In this document: one piece after another, positions 41,703 through 50,185 of the stretch
Numbering within the stretch: the stretch's first letter is position 1
Layout: each line of letters begins with the position of its first letter
From: an uncultured Alphaproteobacteria bacterium
GTDB lineage: Bacteria; Pseudomonadota; Alphaproteobacteria; Rhizobiales; Xanthobacteraceae
NCBI GenBank assembly: GCA_963850705.1
Contig: CAWKMR010000036.1
Location: forward strand, 10,953-74,952
Length of the DNA stretch: 64,000 nt
Direction: 5' to 3'
The notes under the pieces: model-generated
What the model was told of the DNA's origin: nothing
Database searches by the model: none
The model's input: only the letters and a program-made list of their open reading frames with translations
Translations under genes and position numbers: made by a program

Positions 41703-42675
41703 ATGAATGTCTCACGCCGGACGCTGCTGAAAACGGCCGGCGCGCTTGCGGCGTCGCTGACGTTGCCCGCGCATGCACAGGCTTGGCCATCTCGTCCCGT
41801 TCGCATCGTGGTCGGCACCGCGGCGGGCGGCAGTCCCGACATTGTCAGCCGGATACTCGCCGAAAAATTCTCGGTGCGGCTCGGCCAGTCCTTCGTGGTC
41901 GAAAACAACACGCAAGGCGCCGGCATCGTTGCCGAGCAATCGGTCAACAAGTCTGCGCCCGACGGTCAGACCATGGTGATGCTCACGGCCGGCTATCCCG
42001 GCCGTGCCGCCCTGCATCAGGGGCTGGCGTTCGATCCGCTCGACGGCTTTTCGTTCATTTCCGGGGTCTGCGGCTATCCCTTTGCCTATTCGGTCGCGCC
42101 CAATTCTCCGATCACGTCGTTCCGGGATTTGCTCGATCGCGCCAAAGCGAAACCCGACACGCTCACCTATACGATCAACGCCCAAGGCTCGATCCATCAT
42201 CTGCTGACCACCTGGATCGGGATGGAAGCGGGCGCACCGATGGTGCCGATCCCCTATCGCGGCGCGTCGCCGGCGATCACCGATGTGATCGGCGGCCGCG
42301 TCGATGTGATGGTCGAACCGGCCACTTCGGCGTTCCCGCGTGCGCGTGCTGGCCAGGTTCGCCTGCTCGCGGTGTCGTCCAAAGGCCGCTATCCGTTGAT
42401 GCCTGAGGCTCCGGCGATCGAGGAATTCGTGCCCGGCGTTACCTTCATGTCCTGGCTCGGTTACGCCATGGCGCCCAAGACACCCCGCGCGATCGTCGAG
42501 CGCATGAACGCAGAAATCCGCCACGCACTTGCGCTTCCGGACGTGCAGCAAAAGCTCATCGAGGGCGGCAATGTTGCGATCGCCGTCGACGTCGGAGGAA
42601 TTCCGTGCTCTGGTCGCGCGCGAGATCGAGATTTGGGGCCGCGTGATTGCGGCGGCGGGGATCAAGGCGGGATGA
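41703..42675 (+). pseudogene. TctC/Bug-family substrate-binding protein, copy 4 (RR signal), one frame break near the 3' end
   Basis: First ~295 aa of ORF 41703..43253 (MNVSRRTLLKTAGALAASLTLPAHAQAWPSRPVRIVVGTAAGGSPDIVSR...). Removing the G at ~42585 restores STSEEFRALVAREIEIWGRVIAAAGIKAG and TGA 42673..42675. Confidence 0.85.
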
Positions 42676-43253
42676 CGACCGAATCCAAGGTTGCCTGCGC
42701 CGACGTCATCGTGTCCTGGGGCCTCTATCGCGATCAGCGCCGCTGGCCGGAGCTGCTGTCCACGTTCCATCCCGACGGCGAGATCGCGGTGTCGTGGTTC
42801 CGCGGGCCGTTCGCGGAATTTGTCGAACATTGCAAGCGTGGCGGCCCGTCGAAGCACCTGATCATGGCGCCACTGGTGCAGGTGAACGGCGACCGTGCGA
42901 CCGCCGAGACCACGATCGTCATCATCGTGCGGCAGTCGATCGAAAATCTCCCCGTCGACATGACCTCGCGGGCGCGTTTCCTCGACCGGCTCGAACGCCG
43001 CGGCGGCGCTTGGAAGGTTCTCGAACGCGCCGCGGTCTATGAGCAGGACCGGCTTGACCCGGTGGTGCCGTCGGAGGCCTTTGCGCGGATGATGCGCGAG
43101 GCGGAGCAGGCGAAATATCCCGAGCCCTATCGCTATATGGCGGTCCGGCTGGCGTCCGCCGGCCGGCCGCTGGCGGAGCCGGTGCATTACGACGGCGCGC
43201 CGCACACGCAGGCGCTGGTCGCGCGCTACGCGGCCTGGCTCGCGGGCAAGTAA
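42672..43253 (+). CDS. NTF2/SnoaL-like fold protein (193 aa)
   Basis: ATG 42672 (ATGA overlap with the repaired stop of Bug copy 4) gives MTTESKVACADVIVSWGLYRDQRRWPELLSTFHPDGEIAVSWFRG. Size and pattern are typical of SnoaL-like domains. In the track it appears fused to the Bug ORF. Confidence 0.65.
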   Translation: MTTESKVACADVIVSWGLYRDQRRWPELLSTFHPDGEIAVSWFRGPFAEFVEHCKRGGPSKHLIMAPLVQVNGDRATAETTIVIIVRQSIENLPVDMTSRARFLDRLERRGGAWKVLERAAVYEQDRLDPVVPSEAFARMMREAEQAKYPEPYRYMAVRLASAGRPLAEPVHYDGAPHTQALVARYAAWLAGK

Positions 43254-43317
43254 GCGTAATCAACAAAATGCTCGAAACGCGCTAAGCTCCCGACACAAGA
43301 AAATTGGGAGGACGCCG

Positions 43318-43947
43318 ATGCATGCTTGTCGCGCGCTTTTCGCAATCGCCTTTGCCTGCCTGTTTGCGACCGCGGCCAATGCGCAGCCCGGCGCAAAGCC
43401 CGCGACCGTGCTCGAAAACGACTATGTGCTGGTCAGCCGCAATATCGCGCCCTGCGCCACCGCGACCGTAGACAGGTGCGAGGACCGCGTGATCCTGGCC
43501 ATGGGCGAACTGACACTCATGTCAGCCAGCAAGAAGCGCGTCATGAAGCGCGAAGAGATCGCGGTCTTTGGCGCCGGGCAATCCTACGAGGTCGCGGTCG
43601 GCTCGCCGTTCTTCGAGATCGCGATCAAGCCCAAGCATCCGCCGATCCGTGCGCCCGCCGAGCGCATCGCGGCGCCCGCCAATCTCGCCGTGCACCAGGG
43701 CAAGACGTTCTTCATCTACACAGAAATCCTGCCGGTCGAGCAGACGCGCCCACGGCACAGCCACGCCCAGCGGGTGGAAATCCGATTGAACAGCGGGCCG
43801 ATGCTGCGTCAGCAGGTCTGGCGCGACGGCAAGATGGGTGAGATTGAGCCCGTCATTGTGAACTGGCGCGAACCGGTGATCCACGCTGTCACCAACATAG
43901 GCGACATGCCACTGCGCAACTTCATCCTGGAGTTCATTCCGCAGTAG
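43318..43947 (+). CDS. Secreted hypothetical protein, possibly cupin-like
   Basis: 209-aa ORF, GGGAGG SD, signal peptide MHACRALFAIAFACLFATAANAQ. Beta-rich sequence with RPRHSHAQRVEI and VIHAVTNIG segments reminiscent of cupin motifs. Assignment is weak. Confidence 0.45.
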   Translation: MHACRALFAIAFACLFATAANAQPGAKPATVLENDYVLVSRNIAPCATATVDRCEDRVILAMGELTLMSASKKRVMKREEIAVFGAGQSYEVAVGSPFFEIAIKPKHPPIRAPAERIAAPANLAVHQGKTFFIYTEILPVEQTRPRHSHAQRVEIRLNSGPMLRQQVWRDGKMGEIEPVIVNWREPVIHAVTNIGDMPLRNFILEFIPQ

Positions 43948-44032
43948 CTGCTCGGTGCCGCGACTGTGTGCGCAATGGATTGCTCAGGTGGACATGTACG
44001 CTGCGAGCAATGACAGGTACGGAGCAGGGCCG

Positions 44033-45001
44033 ATGAAGCGATTGTTCGCGCTCGTATTTGCCGCAATGCTGCTGTCGCCGATTTCGGCGGGCGCGCAGGA
44101 ATGGCCGACAAAGACCGTGCGTATCATCGTGCCGTTCGCAGCCGGTGGTGCGGCCGACACCGCCGCGCGGCTTTACAGCGAGGCGCTCGCCCAAGCTTTC
44201 GGCAAACAGTTTGTGATCGAGAACCGCCCGGGCGGCGGCGGCATCCCGGTGGCGGAGGCGGTCGCCCGCGCCGAGCCCGACGGCTACACGCTGATGGTCT
44301 CCGGCATTCCGATCATCGTGGTCGGTCCGGCGATGAACAAGAACGTCGGCTATGATCCGATGCGCGACCTCACCCACATCGCCTATTTCGGCGGTACGCC
44401 GAACATGCTGGCGGTGCACCGTTCGCTCGGGACCAAGAGCTATGCGGAGTTTCTCGCCTATGCGCGCAAACAGCCGACCGGCACCGACTATGTATCCGCG
44501 GGCTTCGGCACGATGGGCAACTGGGCGGCGGAGTATCTGGCGACGCTCGAAAACATCAAGCTCAACCACATCGCCTACAAAGGCGGCTCGCAGGCGATCG
44601 TCGATCTGATCGCCGGGCACGTCAAAGCCTCGGTGCTGACCTGGACCGCCATCGACCAGCACGTGCGCTCCGGCACGCTCGACGCGCTGGCGGTGACGTC
44701 GGCCAACCGGCTGCCGTATCTGCCGGACATCCCGACCTTCCGCGAACTCGGCCACAAGGATTTCGTGTCGCTGACCTGGTTCTCACTGTCGGGGCCCCCC
44801 AAGCTGCCGCGCGATATCGTCGACAGGGTCAACGCGGTAGTGGTGAAGGCCGTGAACCGGCCGGAGATCAGGAAGACGATCGAGCGTGACGCGATCGAGA
44901 CCATGCCGCTCACGCCGCCCGAACTGAATGCCTTCGCGCAATCCGAGATCGACCGCTGGGGTCCTCTGGTCCGCCGCATCATGGCGGAACGGCAGAAATA
45001 A
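44033..45001 (+). CDS. TctC/Bug-family substrate-binding protein, copy 5
   Basis: Inside ORF 43955..45001. ATG 44033 gives MKRLFALVFAAMLLSPISAGAQEWPTKTVRIIVPFAAGGAADTAARLY, IENRPGGGG. Confidence 0.9.
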   Translation: MKRLFALVFAAMLLSPISAGAQEWPTKTVRIIVPFAAGGAADTAARLYSEALAQAFGKQFVIENRPGGGGIPVAEAVARAEPDGYTLMVSGIPIIVVGPAMNKNVGYDPMRDLTHIAYFGGTPNMLAVHRSLGTKSYAEFLAYARKQPTGTDYVSAGFGTMGNWAAEYLATLENIKLNHIAYKGGSQAIVDLIAGHVKASVLTWTAIDQHVRSGTLDALAVTSANRLPYLPDIPTFRELGHKDFVSLTWFSLSGPPKLPRDIVDRVNAVVVKAVNRPEIRKTIERDAIETMPLTPPELNAFAQSEIDRWGPLVRRIMAERQK

Positions 45002-45030
45002 TTTTCGGCGACGGTATCTGTCGATGCTCC

Positions 45031-45094
45031 GAAGACGTGGATGGCCGGGCAAAGGGCGTTGAGCCCGTTCGACGGGCTATGCCCGGCCATGACG
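45031..45094. repeat. REP-like element (CCCGGCCATGAC family)
   Basis: GAAGACGTGGATGGCCGGGC...TTCGACGGGCTATGCCCGGCCATGACGC. Shares GACGTGGATGGCCGG, TTCGACGGGCTATG and CCCGGCCATGACGC with 59336..59500. Confidence 0.65.
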
Positions 45095-45126
45095 CTGTTG
45101 AGAGACTGAGGATTGTGCGCCGCGCG

Positions 45127-45972
45127 TTACTTCCCGCGCACGACCTCGCCGTATGCCGGCGGACGCTCGAGGTAGCCACGCTCCATCATCCAGTCGACCT
45201 TTTCCTGGAATTCGGACGGCTTGTAGCCCTGCACGCCGAGAAGCTCCGGCATCATGCCGGTCTTGCGTTGCTCGGGCGTGAGGTCGCGCAGCACCTCCTC
45301 GCGCGAGCGCTCCTCGTTGGCGCGCAGCCACTCGACCGCGCGGTTGAGCGCGCGGGTGATCTTCTGCGCGGTCTCGTCGTCGATCTCGTCGCTCGCAACG
45401 ATGCCGCCGCGCCAGCGCAGGTCGCAGAGCTTGCGGCAGCCGGCGGAAAAGGCGCGGCTCACCAGTGGCTCCATCAGCGCCGCCGCTTCGTTCTTGCCTG
45501 AGAGCAGGGCGTCGAGCCGGTCGTTGGCGTGCTCGAGCTTGATCTCCTTGAACGGCACGCCGGCTTCCTCCAGCGCCTCGACGGCGGCATAGAAGGTGCC
45601 GGCATGCCAGGTCACCGCGATCGGGACGTTCGCGAGCTGCGACAGGCTCGTGATCTTGGAATCCTTGCGCACCATGATCGCGCCGGTGCGCGCCGTGGTG
45701 TCGAGGCCGATGATCTTGCCCGCGCCGAGCTGCTGGACGCGCTCGATCGCGCCCCATTCGCAGACCGGATAGACGTCGAGCGCGCCGGCCTGGAGCTGGG
45801 ATTCCTTCCAGCGCTCGGAGAAATTCTCGACCCGCCCGGCGACGCCCTTCGGGTTGTCCTCGTGGTATTCGACATTGAGGCCTTCAGCCTTGAAGAAACC
45901 CTGCTCGACCGCGATCCGCCAGGGGCGGTCGTGGGCATTGCTGTCGCCTTGCAGGCGAATGGTTTTTGTCAT
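45127..45972 (-). CDS. NMT1/THI5-like (SsuA-fold) protein without recognisable signal peptide
   Basis: 281-aa ORF MTKTIRLQGDSNAHDRPWRIAVEQGFFKAEGLNVEYHEDNP..., periplasmic-binding-protein type II pattern. Confidence 0.7.
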   Translation of the reverse strand: MTKTIRLQGDSNAHDRPWRIAVEQGFFKAEGLNVEYHEDNPKGVAGRVENFSERWKESQLQAGALDVYPVCEWGAIERVQQLGAGKIIGLDTTARTGAIMVRKDSKITSLSQLANVPIAVTWHAGTFYAAVEALEEAGVPFKEIKLEHANDRLDALLSGKNEAAALMEPLVSRAFSAGCRKLCDLRWRGGIVASDEIDDETAQKITRALNRAVEWLRANEERSREEVLRDLTPEQRKTGMMPELLGVQGYKPSEFQEKVDWMMERGYLERPPAYGEVVRGK

Positions 45973-46270
45973 GGGGCGGTTCCTTGTTGGATGGTTCTCG
46001 TCGATCCGGTGGCAGAGTAAACGAGTGCAAACACCTGCTCAATCAGCCAAATCCCGCTAATCGCCGCACTTTCGAGAGCGCTGAAGGCTGCCCGATAGCG
46101 TCCGGTTTCTCAAAATATTCCCATAACTTAAGCTGGTTTTCCTGCCGTGGGACCTCATATATTAGGAGGACCATTCGATTGCATCATAGCAATACTTGGA
46201 GATCATTATGACCGACGGGACCGGCGCAACAATTTAAGATTCAACCGACAGCGCTCGCTCCGAAGGTTCG

Positions 46271-46534
46271 GTGGCGGAGACGGCATTCGACTACGGACGG
46301 TCGGCCGAGCTATTTCCGACCCGAAGCCGCAGGCCGCGGGGAACGCCGATGACCTACAAGCGATTTGACACGGCCGCCGATGCGATCCGCTTCGCGATCG
46401 AGGAGCTTCCGAGTGATCGCCTGCTGGGGGCCTACCTCCAGGTTGACGAGGACCGTTTCGGCAGCGCCGGCATTCGCAGGCTCTACAACAGCGCCCGATA
46501 TCCGCTGAAGCGCCGCACCCCTTCGCGGCAATGA
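46271..46534 (+). CDS. Small conserved hypothetical protein (87 aa)
   Basis: GTG-initiated ORF ...YKRFDTAADAIRFAIEELPSDRLLGAYLQVDEDRF... Preceded by a lower-GC spacer. ATG 46349 is an alternative start. Confidence 0.45.
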   Translation: MAETAFDYGRSAELFPTRSRRPRGTPMTYKRFDTAADAIRFAIEELPSDRLLGAYLQVDEDRFGSAGIRRLYNSARYPLKRRTPSRQ

Positions 46535-46544
46535 GGGCACTGCC

Positions 46545-46841
46545 ATGACCGATCGGACCATCAGCCTGGACCAGCATCGCGGCATGGCGGCACAGAAAGC
46601 TACGGAGTTGCGCCGTCTCGTTTCTGAAGTGGAAGCCAACGAACGGGCCTTGCGCCAGCGGCAGGCCGAACTGGAATCCCAACTCGTCGCGTCACCCTCG
46701 GCGGATTGGCGCGAGGCCGCGGAGAAGGCGCGCTATCTCATGGGATTGTTTGCGACCACGCCGGCGGCGCAGGACCCCCGAAGGCAAAAGCTGATCGAAG
46801 CCTTGCTCCATGATTTCGATCGGCTCTCACACGAGAGCTGA
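46545..46841 (+). CDS. Small hypothetical coiled-coil protein (98 aa)
   Basis: ATG ORF 11 nt after the previous stop: MTDRTISLDQHRGMAAQKATELRRLVSEVEANERALRQRQAELESQL... Confidence 0.45.
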   Translation: MTDRTISLDQHRGMAAQKATELRRLVSEVEANERALRQRQAELESQLVASPSADWREAAEKARYLMGLFATTPAAQDPRRQKLIEALLHDFDRLSHES

Positions 46842-46865
46842 GCCATTGGCTCCAGGGGCGGGACG

Positions 46866-47129
46866 ATGGCGCTGAACTTTCCCAACCGCAGCCGCTCCTT
46901 TGACGCAACGCGGCGTGCGGTGCGGTTCTGGGGTTACGACAGCGCGATGGAAGCCTCGTTTTACGTGACCGAGGATGCCTTGAAGTGCGTGCAGCCCGAC
47001 ATGCGGCTGGACGAAGCAGGTCTTCTCGGCGCTTTCGATTCAAATCTTGAGCTGATCTACAAGACCGCAATCAAGGTCTATTCGCGCGGCCGCAGGGGTT
47101 CGTACGACCTTGTGAAGAGCGATTTCTGA
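46866..47129 (+). CDS. DUF1488-like small protein (87 aa)
   Basis: MALNFPNRSRSFDATRRAVRFWGYDSAMEASFYVTEDAL... matches my recollection of the DUF1488 N-terminal pattern (FPNxSRxxDxxRxxVxFWG). Confidence 0.6.
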   Translation: MALNFPNRSRSFDATRRAVRFWGYDSAMEASFYVTEDALKCVQPDMRLDEAGLLGAFDSNLELIYKTAIKVYSRGRRGSYDLVKSDF

Positions 47130-47147
47130 GTGAAGAGCGATTTCTGA
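47112..47147 (+). repeat. Perfect 18-bp tandem duplication GTGAAGAGCGATTTCTGA x2 spanning the stop codon of the DUF1488-like gene
   Basis: 47112..47129 and 47130..47147 are identical. The first copy encodes VKSDF-stop. Confidence 0.95.
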
Positions 47148-47155
47148 ACGGCGCA

Positions 47156-47322
47156 CTCAGTGCCCCGCTTCCGAAGTTCGTGATACATCGCGGCACCCCT
47201 GACACGAACTTCGGAAGCAAAGGGGCACTAGCAAGCTTATGACTGTAGTGCCGCTTTTCGATTTGAAGTTCCCAAACGAGCTTGCAGCAACTGCTGTGGG
47301 AACTTCAAATCGGCGGCACTAG
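47156..47322. repeat. CTAG-bounded twin-hairpin repeat, copy 4 (divergent variants)
   Basis: 47156..47231 CTCAGTGCCCCGCTTCCGAAGTTCGTG...CACGAACTTCGGAAGCAAAGGGGCACTAG. 47243..47322 CTGTAGTGCCGCTTTTCGATTTGAAGTTCCCA...TGGGAACTTCAAATCGGCGGCACTAG. Overlaps the stop of the ParB-like gene. Confidence 0.85.
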
Positions 47323-47567
47323 AACTTGCGGGCCTGCACCAGATAGCCGGCGATCGTGGTCTCGCCGAGCGCTTTGCATGCTTCGAGCCGGTGAAGGCCT
47401 TCGACCAGTACCAGCCGTGCACCGTCCTGGCGCACCAGGATCGGGCTCTGTTGGCCGACCGCCAGCATGCTGGAGGCGATCGCCTGGACGGTCCCGGGAA
47501 CAAGCGTGCCGCGCCGCTTCACCGGTACATAGATGTCGGCGATAGCGAAGGTTTCACGCTTCATCAT
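47319..47567 (-). CDS. ParB/Srx N-terminal-domain-only protein (82 aa)
   Basis: Inside ORF 47319..47693. ATG 47567 gives MMKRETFAIADIYVPVKRR...QQSPILVRQDGARLVLVEGLHRLEACKALG (ParB-box-like GxxRxxA region). No HTH or dimerisation domain. Confidence 0.65.
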   Translation of the reverse strand: MMKRETFAIADIYVPVKRRGTLVPGTVQAIASSMLAVGQQSPILVRQDGARLVLVEGLHRLEACKALGETTIAGYLVQARKF

Positions 47568-47745
47568 GGGTGCAGGTCTCCCCTGCAACTCTAGCACATA
47601 GGCCGGGGGCGGCCGCCCTTTTTGGGCAAATTCGGCTGTGGCCGGGTCGCCTGCCGCTCTTAATTTACGGGGGCCGCCATAGGGGCGAATCACGGGTCAT
47701 GGTATTTTGGCAGCCGAATCAGCAGGGTTTACCGAGGGGTTACCC

Positions 47746-48423
47746 ATGAACGTCATCGTCTTCGCGTCGCGCAAAGGCGGCTCGGGCAAGAGCACGCTCA
47801 CGGCCCATCTGGCCGCGCACGCGTACAAGCCGTCGCGGTCGGTGCTGCTGGTCGACGCCGATCCGCAGGGATCGCTCACGCTCTGGCACAAGCTGCGCGG
47901 CACCAACGAACCGCCGCTGGTCGATGGCACCGACGGCGTGCGCGCCATCGTCGCCTCCGCCAAACGTCAGGGCTACGACTGGGTGTTCATCGACACGCCG
48001 CCGACCATGTCGGCGGTGGTCACCGACGCGATCCATTCCGCGACGCTGATCATCATCCCGGCGCGGCTCACCTTGTTCGACCTCGCCGCGATCAAGGAAA
48101 CGATGGATCTCGCCCGGCAATTGCGCCGGCCCTATGCGGTCGTCATCAACGGCGTGCCGCCGCGGCGCGACAACACCGAGTCGCCATTCGTGCGCGAGGC
48201 GCGTGCGGCGCTGACCAGCCTCAACGTCCCGGTCTGGTCCGGCCAGATCACCACGCGCAACAACTATTCGCTGGCGCTGGCGGAAGGCGAGGGCGCCGCC
48301 GAATACGAGGCCGGCTCCGAGGCGGCGAACGAGATCGCCGGCTTGTGGACGGCGATCGACAAATCGGTGAAGGCGATCCACGGCCACTATGCCGGCGTCG
48401 CAATGCACCGCGTGGCGGCGTAG
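47746..48423 (+). CDS. ParA/MinD-family ATPase, orphan copy 1 (225 aa)
   Basis: Inside ORF 47707..48423. ATG 47746 gives MNVIVFASRKGGSGKSTLTAHLA (deviant Walker A), LLVDADPQGSLTLW, WVFIDTPP. Confidence 0.9.
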   Translation: MNVIVFASRKGGSGKSTLTAHLAAHAYKPSRSVLLVDADPQGSLTLWHKLRGTNEPPLVDGTDGVRAIVASAKRQGYDWVFIDTPPTMSAVVTDAIHSATLIIIPARLTLFDLAAIKETMDLARQLRRPYAVVINGVPPRRDNTESPFVREARAALTSLNVPVWSGQITTRNNYSLALAEGEGAAEYEAGSEAANEIAGLWTAIDKSVKAIHGHYAGVAMHRVAA

Positions 48424-48571
48424 CCGCCAGCCTTCATGCACGACCTGATCCATTTCGGGCTCGCGGCTGCCGCACCGCGGGCCCGATATTTCATGTGGCT
48501 GCCACCCGGGAACAAGCGTGCCCTGCCGGTGTATGTCGTGGTATGTGATGTCAAAACGCCGGGAGGTTTCA

Positions 48572-49313
48572 ATGATAGTCCGCCGTGCCGTCCTCGTCTT
48601 CGCCGCCATTGCCGTCGTCTGTCGGTTTCGGCGCCAGCGCGCAGAACGTGCCCGACTATGCCGCCATCATCGCCGCGCCCGACCGCAAGCGACACCGACC
48701 GCGACATCGACAAGCGCCGCGATCCGGCAAAGCTCCTGGCGTTCACCGGCGCGCGGCCCGGCATGAAGGTGCTCGATATGGGCGCCGGCGGCGGCTATTC
48801 GACCGAGCTGATGGCGCGCGCGGTGGCGCCGAACGGAACGGTCTATGCGCAGAACATGCCGAACCTGTTCCCGAAGGCGAAGGCGAATTTCGACGCGCGC
48901 ATGCAGACGCCGGCGATGAAGAGCGTGACGCCGCTGTTCCGGCCGTTCGACGATCCGACGCCGCCGGAGGTGCGCGACCTCGATCTGATCACCTTCTTCT
49001 TTTTCTATCACGACACGACCTACATGGAGGTCGACCGCGCGGCGATGAACAAGAAGCTGTTCTCGGCGCTCAAGCCCGGCGGCGTGCTGGTGATCGCGGA
49101 TCATTCGGCGGCAGCGGGCGCCGGCACCAGCGTCGGCAAGAGCCTGCATCGCATCGAGGAGGCGGCGCTGCGCCGCGAGGTCGAGGCGGCAGGATTCAAG
49201 CTCGTCGGCGAGGCCGACTTCCTGCGCCAGCCGGGCGACACGCGCGACTTTCCACGACACGGCCGACCGGCCCGGTGGACGAGTTCGTGCTGAAATTCCA
49301 GCGGCCGAACTGA
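48572..49313 (+). pseudogene. Secreted class I SAM-dependent methyltransferase, about three frame breaks
   Basis: ATG 48572 (GGGAGG SD) gives MIVRRAVLVFAAIAVV. Pieces of ORFs 48585..49313 and 48436..49293 follow (AQNVPDYAAIIAAPDR; DIDKRRDPAKLLAFTGARPGMKVLDMGAGGGYSTELMARAV; VLVIADHSA). It ends ...GPVDEFVLKFQRPN. Confidence 0.7.
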
Positions 49314-49345
49314 ATTCCGCAATCTTTTAGTCTTGTTCGATTCGC

Positions 49346-49384
49346 TTGCCCCTGCGCTTTGTCGCGCGGGGGCAATGCGCTTTT
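49346..49384 (+). terminator. Probable intrinsic terminator after the methyltransferase gene
   Basis: TTGCCCCTGCGC, loop TTTGTC, GCGCGGGGGCAA, then TGCGCTTTT. Confidence 0.5.
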
Positions 49385-49614
49385 CACCATGTCGTGATGG
49401 ACCGTCTGTCCGTGCGGCGGCACGGAACCGCGCCACCGCGCGCTGGCATTGACGCTGTGGCACACGCACTTGTGAGCGTGTCACGGTTCCGCGCGATGCG
49501 AAATCGGGAACGGACAGCGACCTGCAGCGGTTTCGTGTCTATCGACGCTGCGGTGCACTGTCGACAACTGAGGGCTCCGCAAGCCGAACATCCACACCAA
49601 GTTGGAGAATGACC

Positions 49615-50031
49615 ATGACACTATCCGACCCAGAACTCTTGCTGCGGCTGCTTGTCGCGGCAGCCATCCCGATTTACGCGGCGCCCCGCTGCTGCGGCGC
49701 CGCTTTCGCAGTCGCTCTCGCTCAACAGCGCCGACGTCGGAACGGTTGAGCAGGTGCAGTATCGCCGCTGGAATCGCGGCCGCTGGATCGGTCCCGCTGC
49801 CGCGGGCTTTGCCGCCGGCGCGATCGTCGGCGGTGCGCTTGCGCCGCGTTACTACAACGACGGCTACTACGCCTACGGCGCGGGACCCGGCAATGACGGG
49901 TATTACGCCTACGGTGCGGCTCCTGGTTACCGGGGCTACGAACTATGGCGGTTCGCCGCTCGCCGCAATATGGCTCCTGCACCGGCGATCGCGATAACGA
50001 CAGTTCATTCCCGAGCTGGGCGTGCCGATAG
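49615..50031 (+). pseudogene. Small Gly/Tyr-rich secreted or membrane protein, frame-broken; limits uncertain
   Basis: ATG 49615 gives MTLSDPELLLRLLVAAAIPIYAAP (signal-like). ORF 49652 frame continues VEQVQYRRWNRGRWIGPAAAGFAAGAIVGGALAPRYYNDGYYAYGAGPGNDGYYAYGAAPGY. The C-terminus is ambiguous among three frames. Confidence 0.3.
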
Positions 50032-50185
50032 GCCTGCTTGGCAAATCGAGGCGGACCTGAGGCAGAAGGCGCGATCCCGGCGCCTTCTGCTTTTGCGCGC
50101 GCGGAACGCGTGCACCTTCTGTCCGTTGTCTCTGCGGGCGACGGCCGGGCGGCCGCCCGGCCGGTATGGCCGAAGGAGTGCCCCA

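Noticed and set aside
39687-43253. Apparent large fusion proteins in the ORF track: 513 aa at 39687..41228 and 516 aa at 41703..43253.
   Set aside because: Each is a chimera created by frame breaks. The first runs through TctC copy 2 into the N-terminus of copy 3. The second joins TctC copy 4 to the NTF2-like gene, whose own ATG (42672) overlaps the repaired TctC stop.
49615-50031. Calling the Gly/Tyr-rich small protein a BA14K-family protein.
   Set aside because: The N-terminal signal, RWNRGRW and Gly/Tyr-rich parts are reminiscent. However, none of the three possible C-terminal frames gives a convincing C...RYRSYD...G.DG...C motif, so I left it generic.
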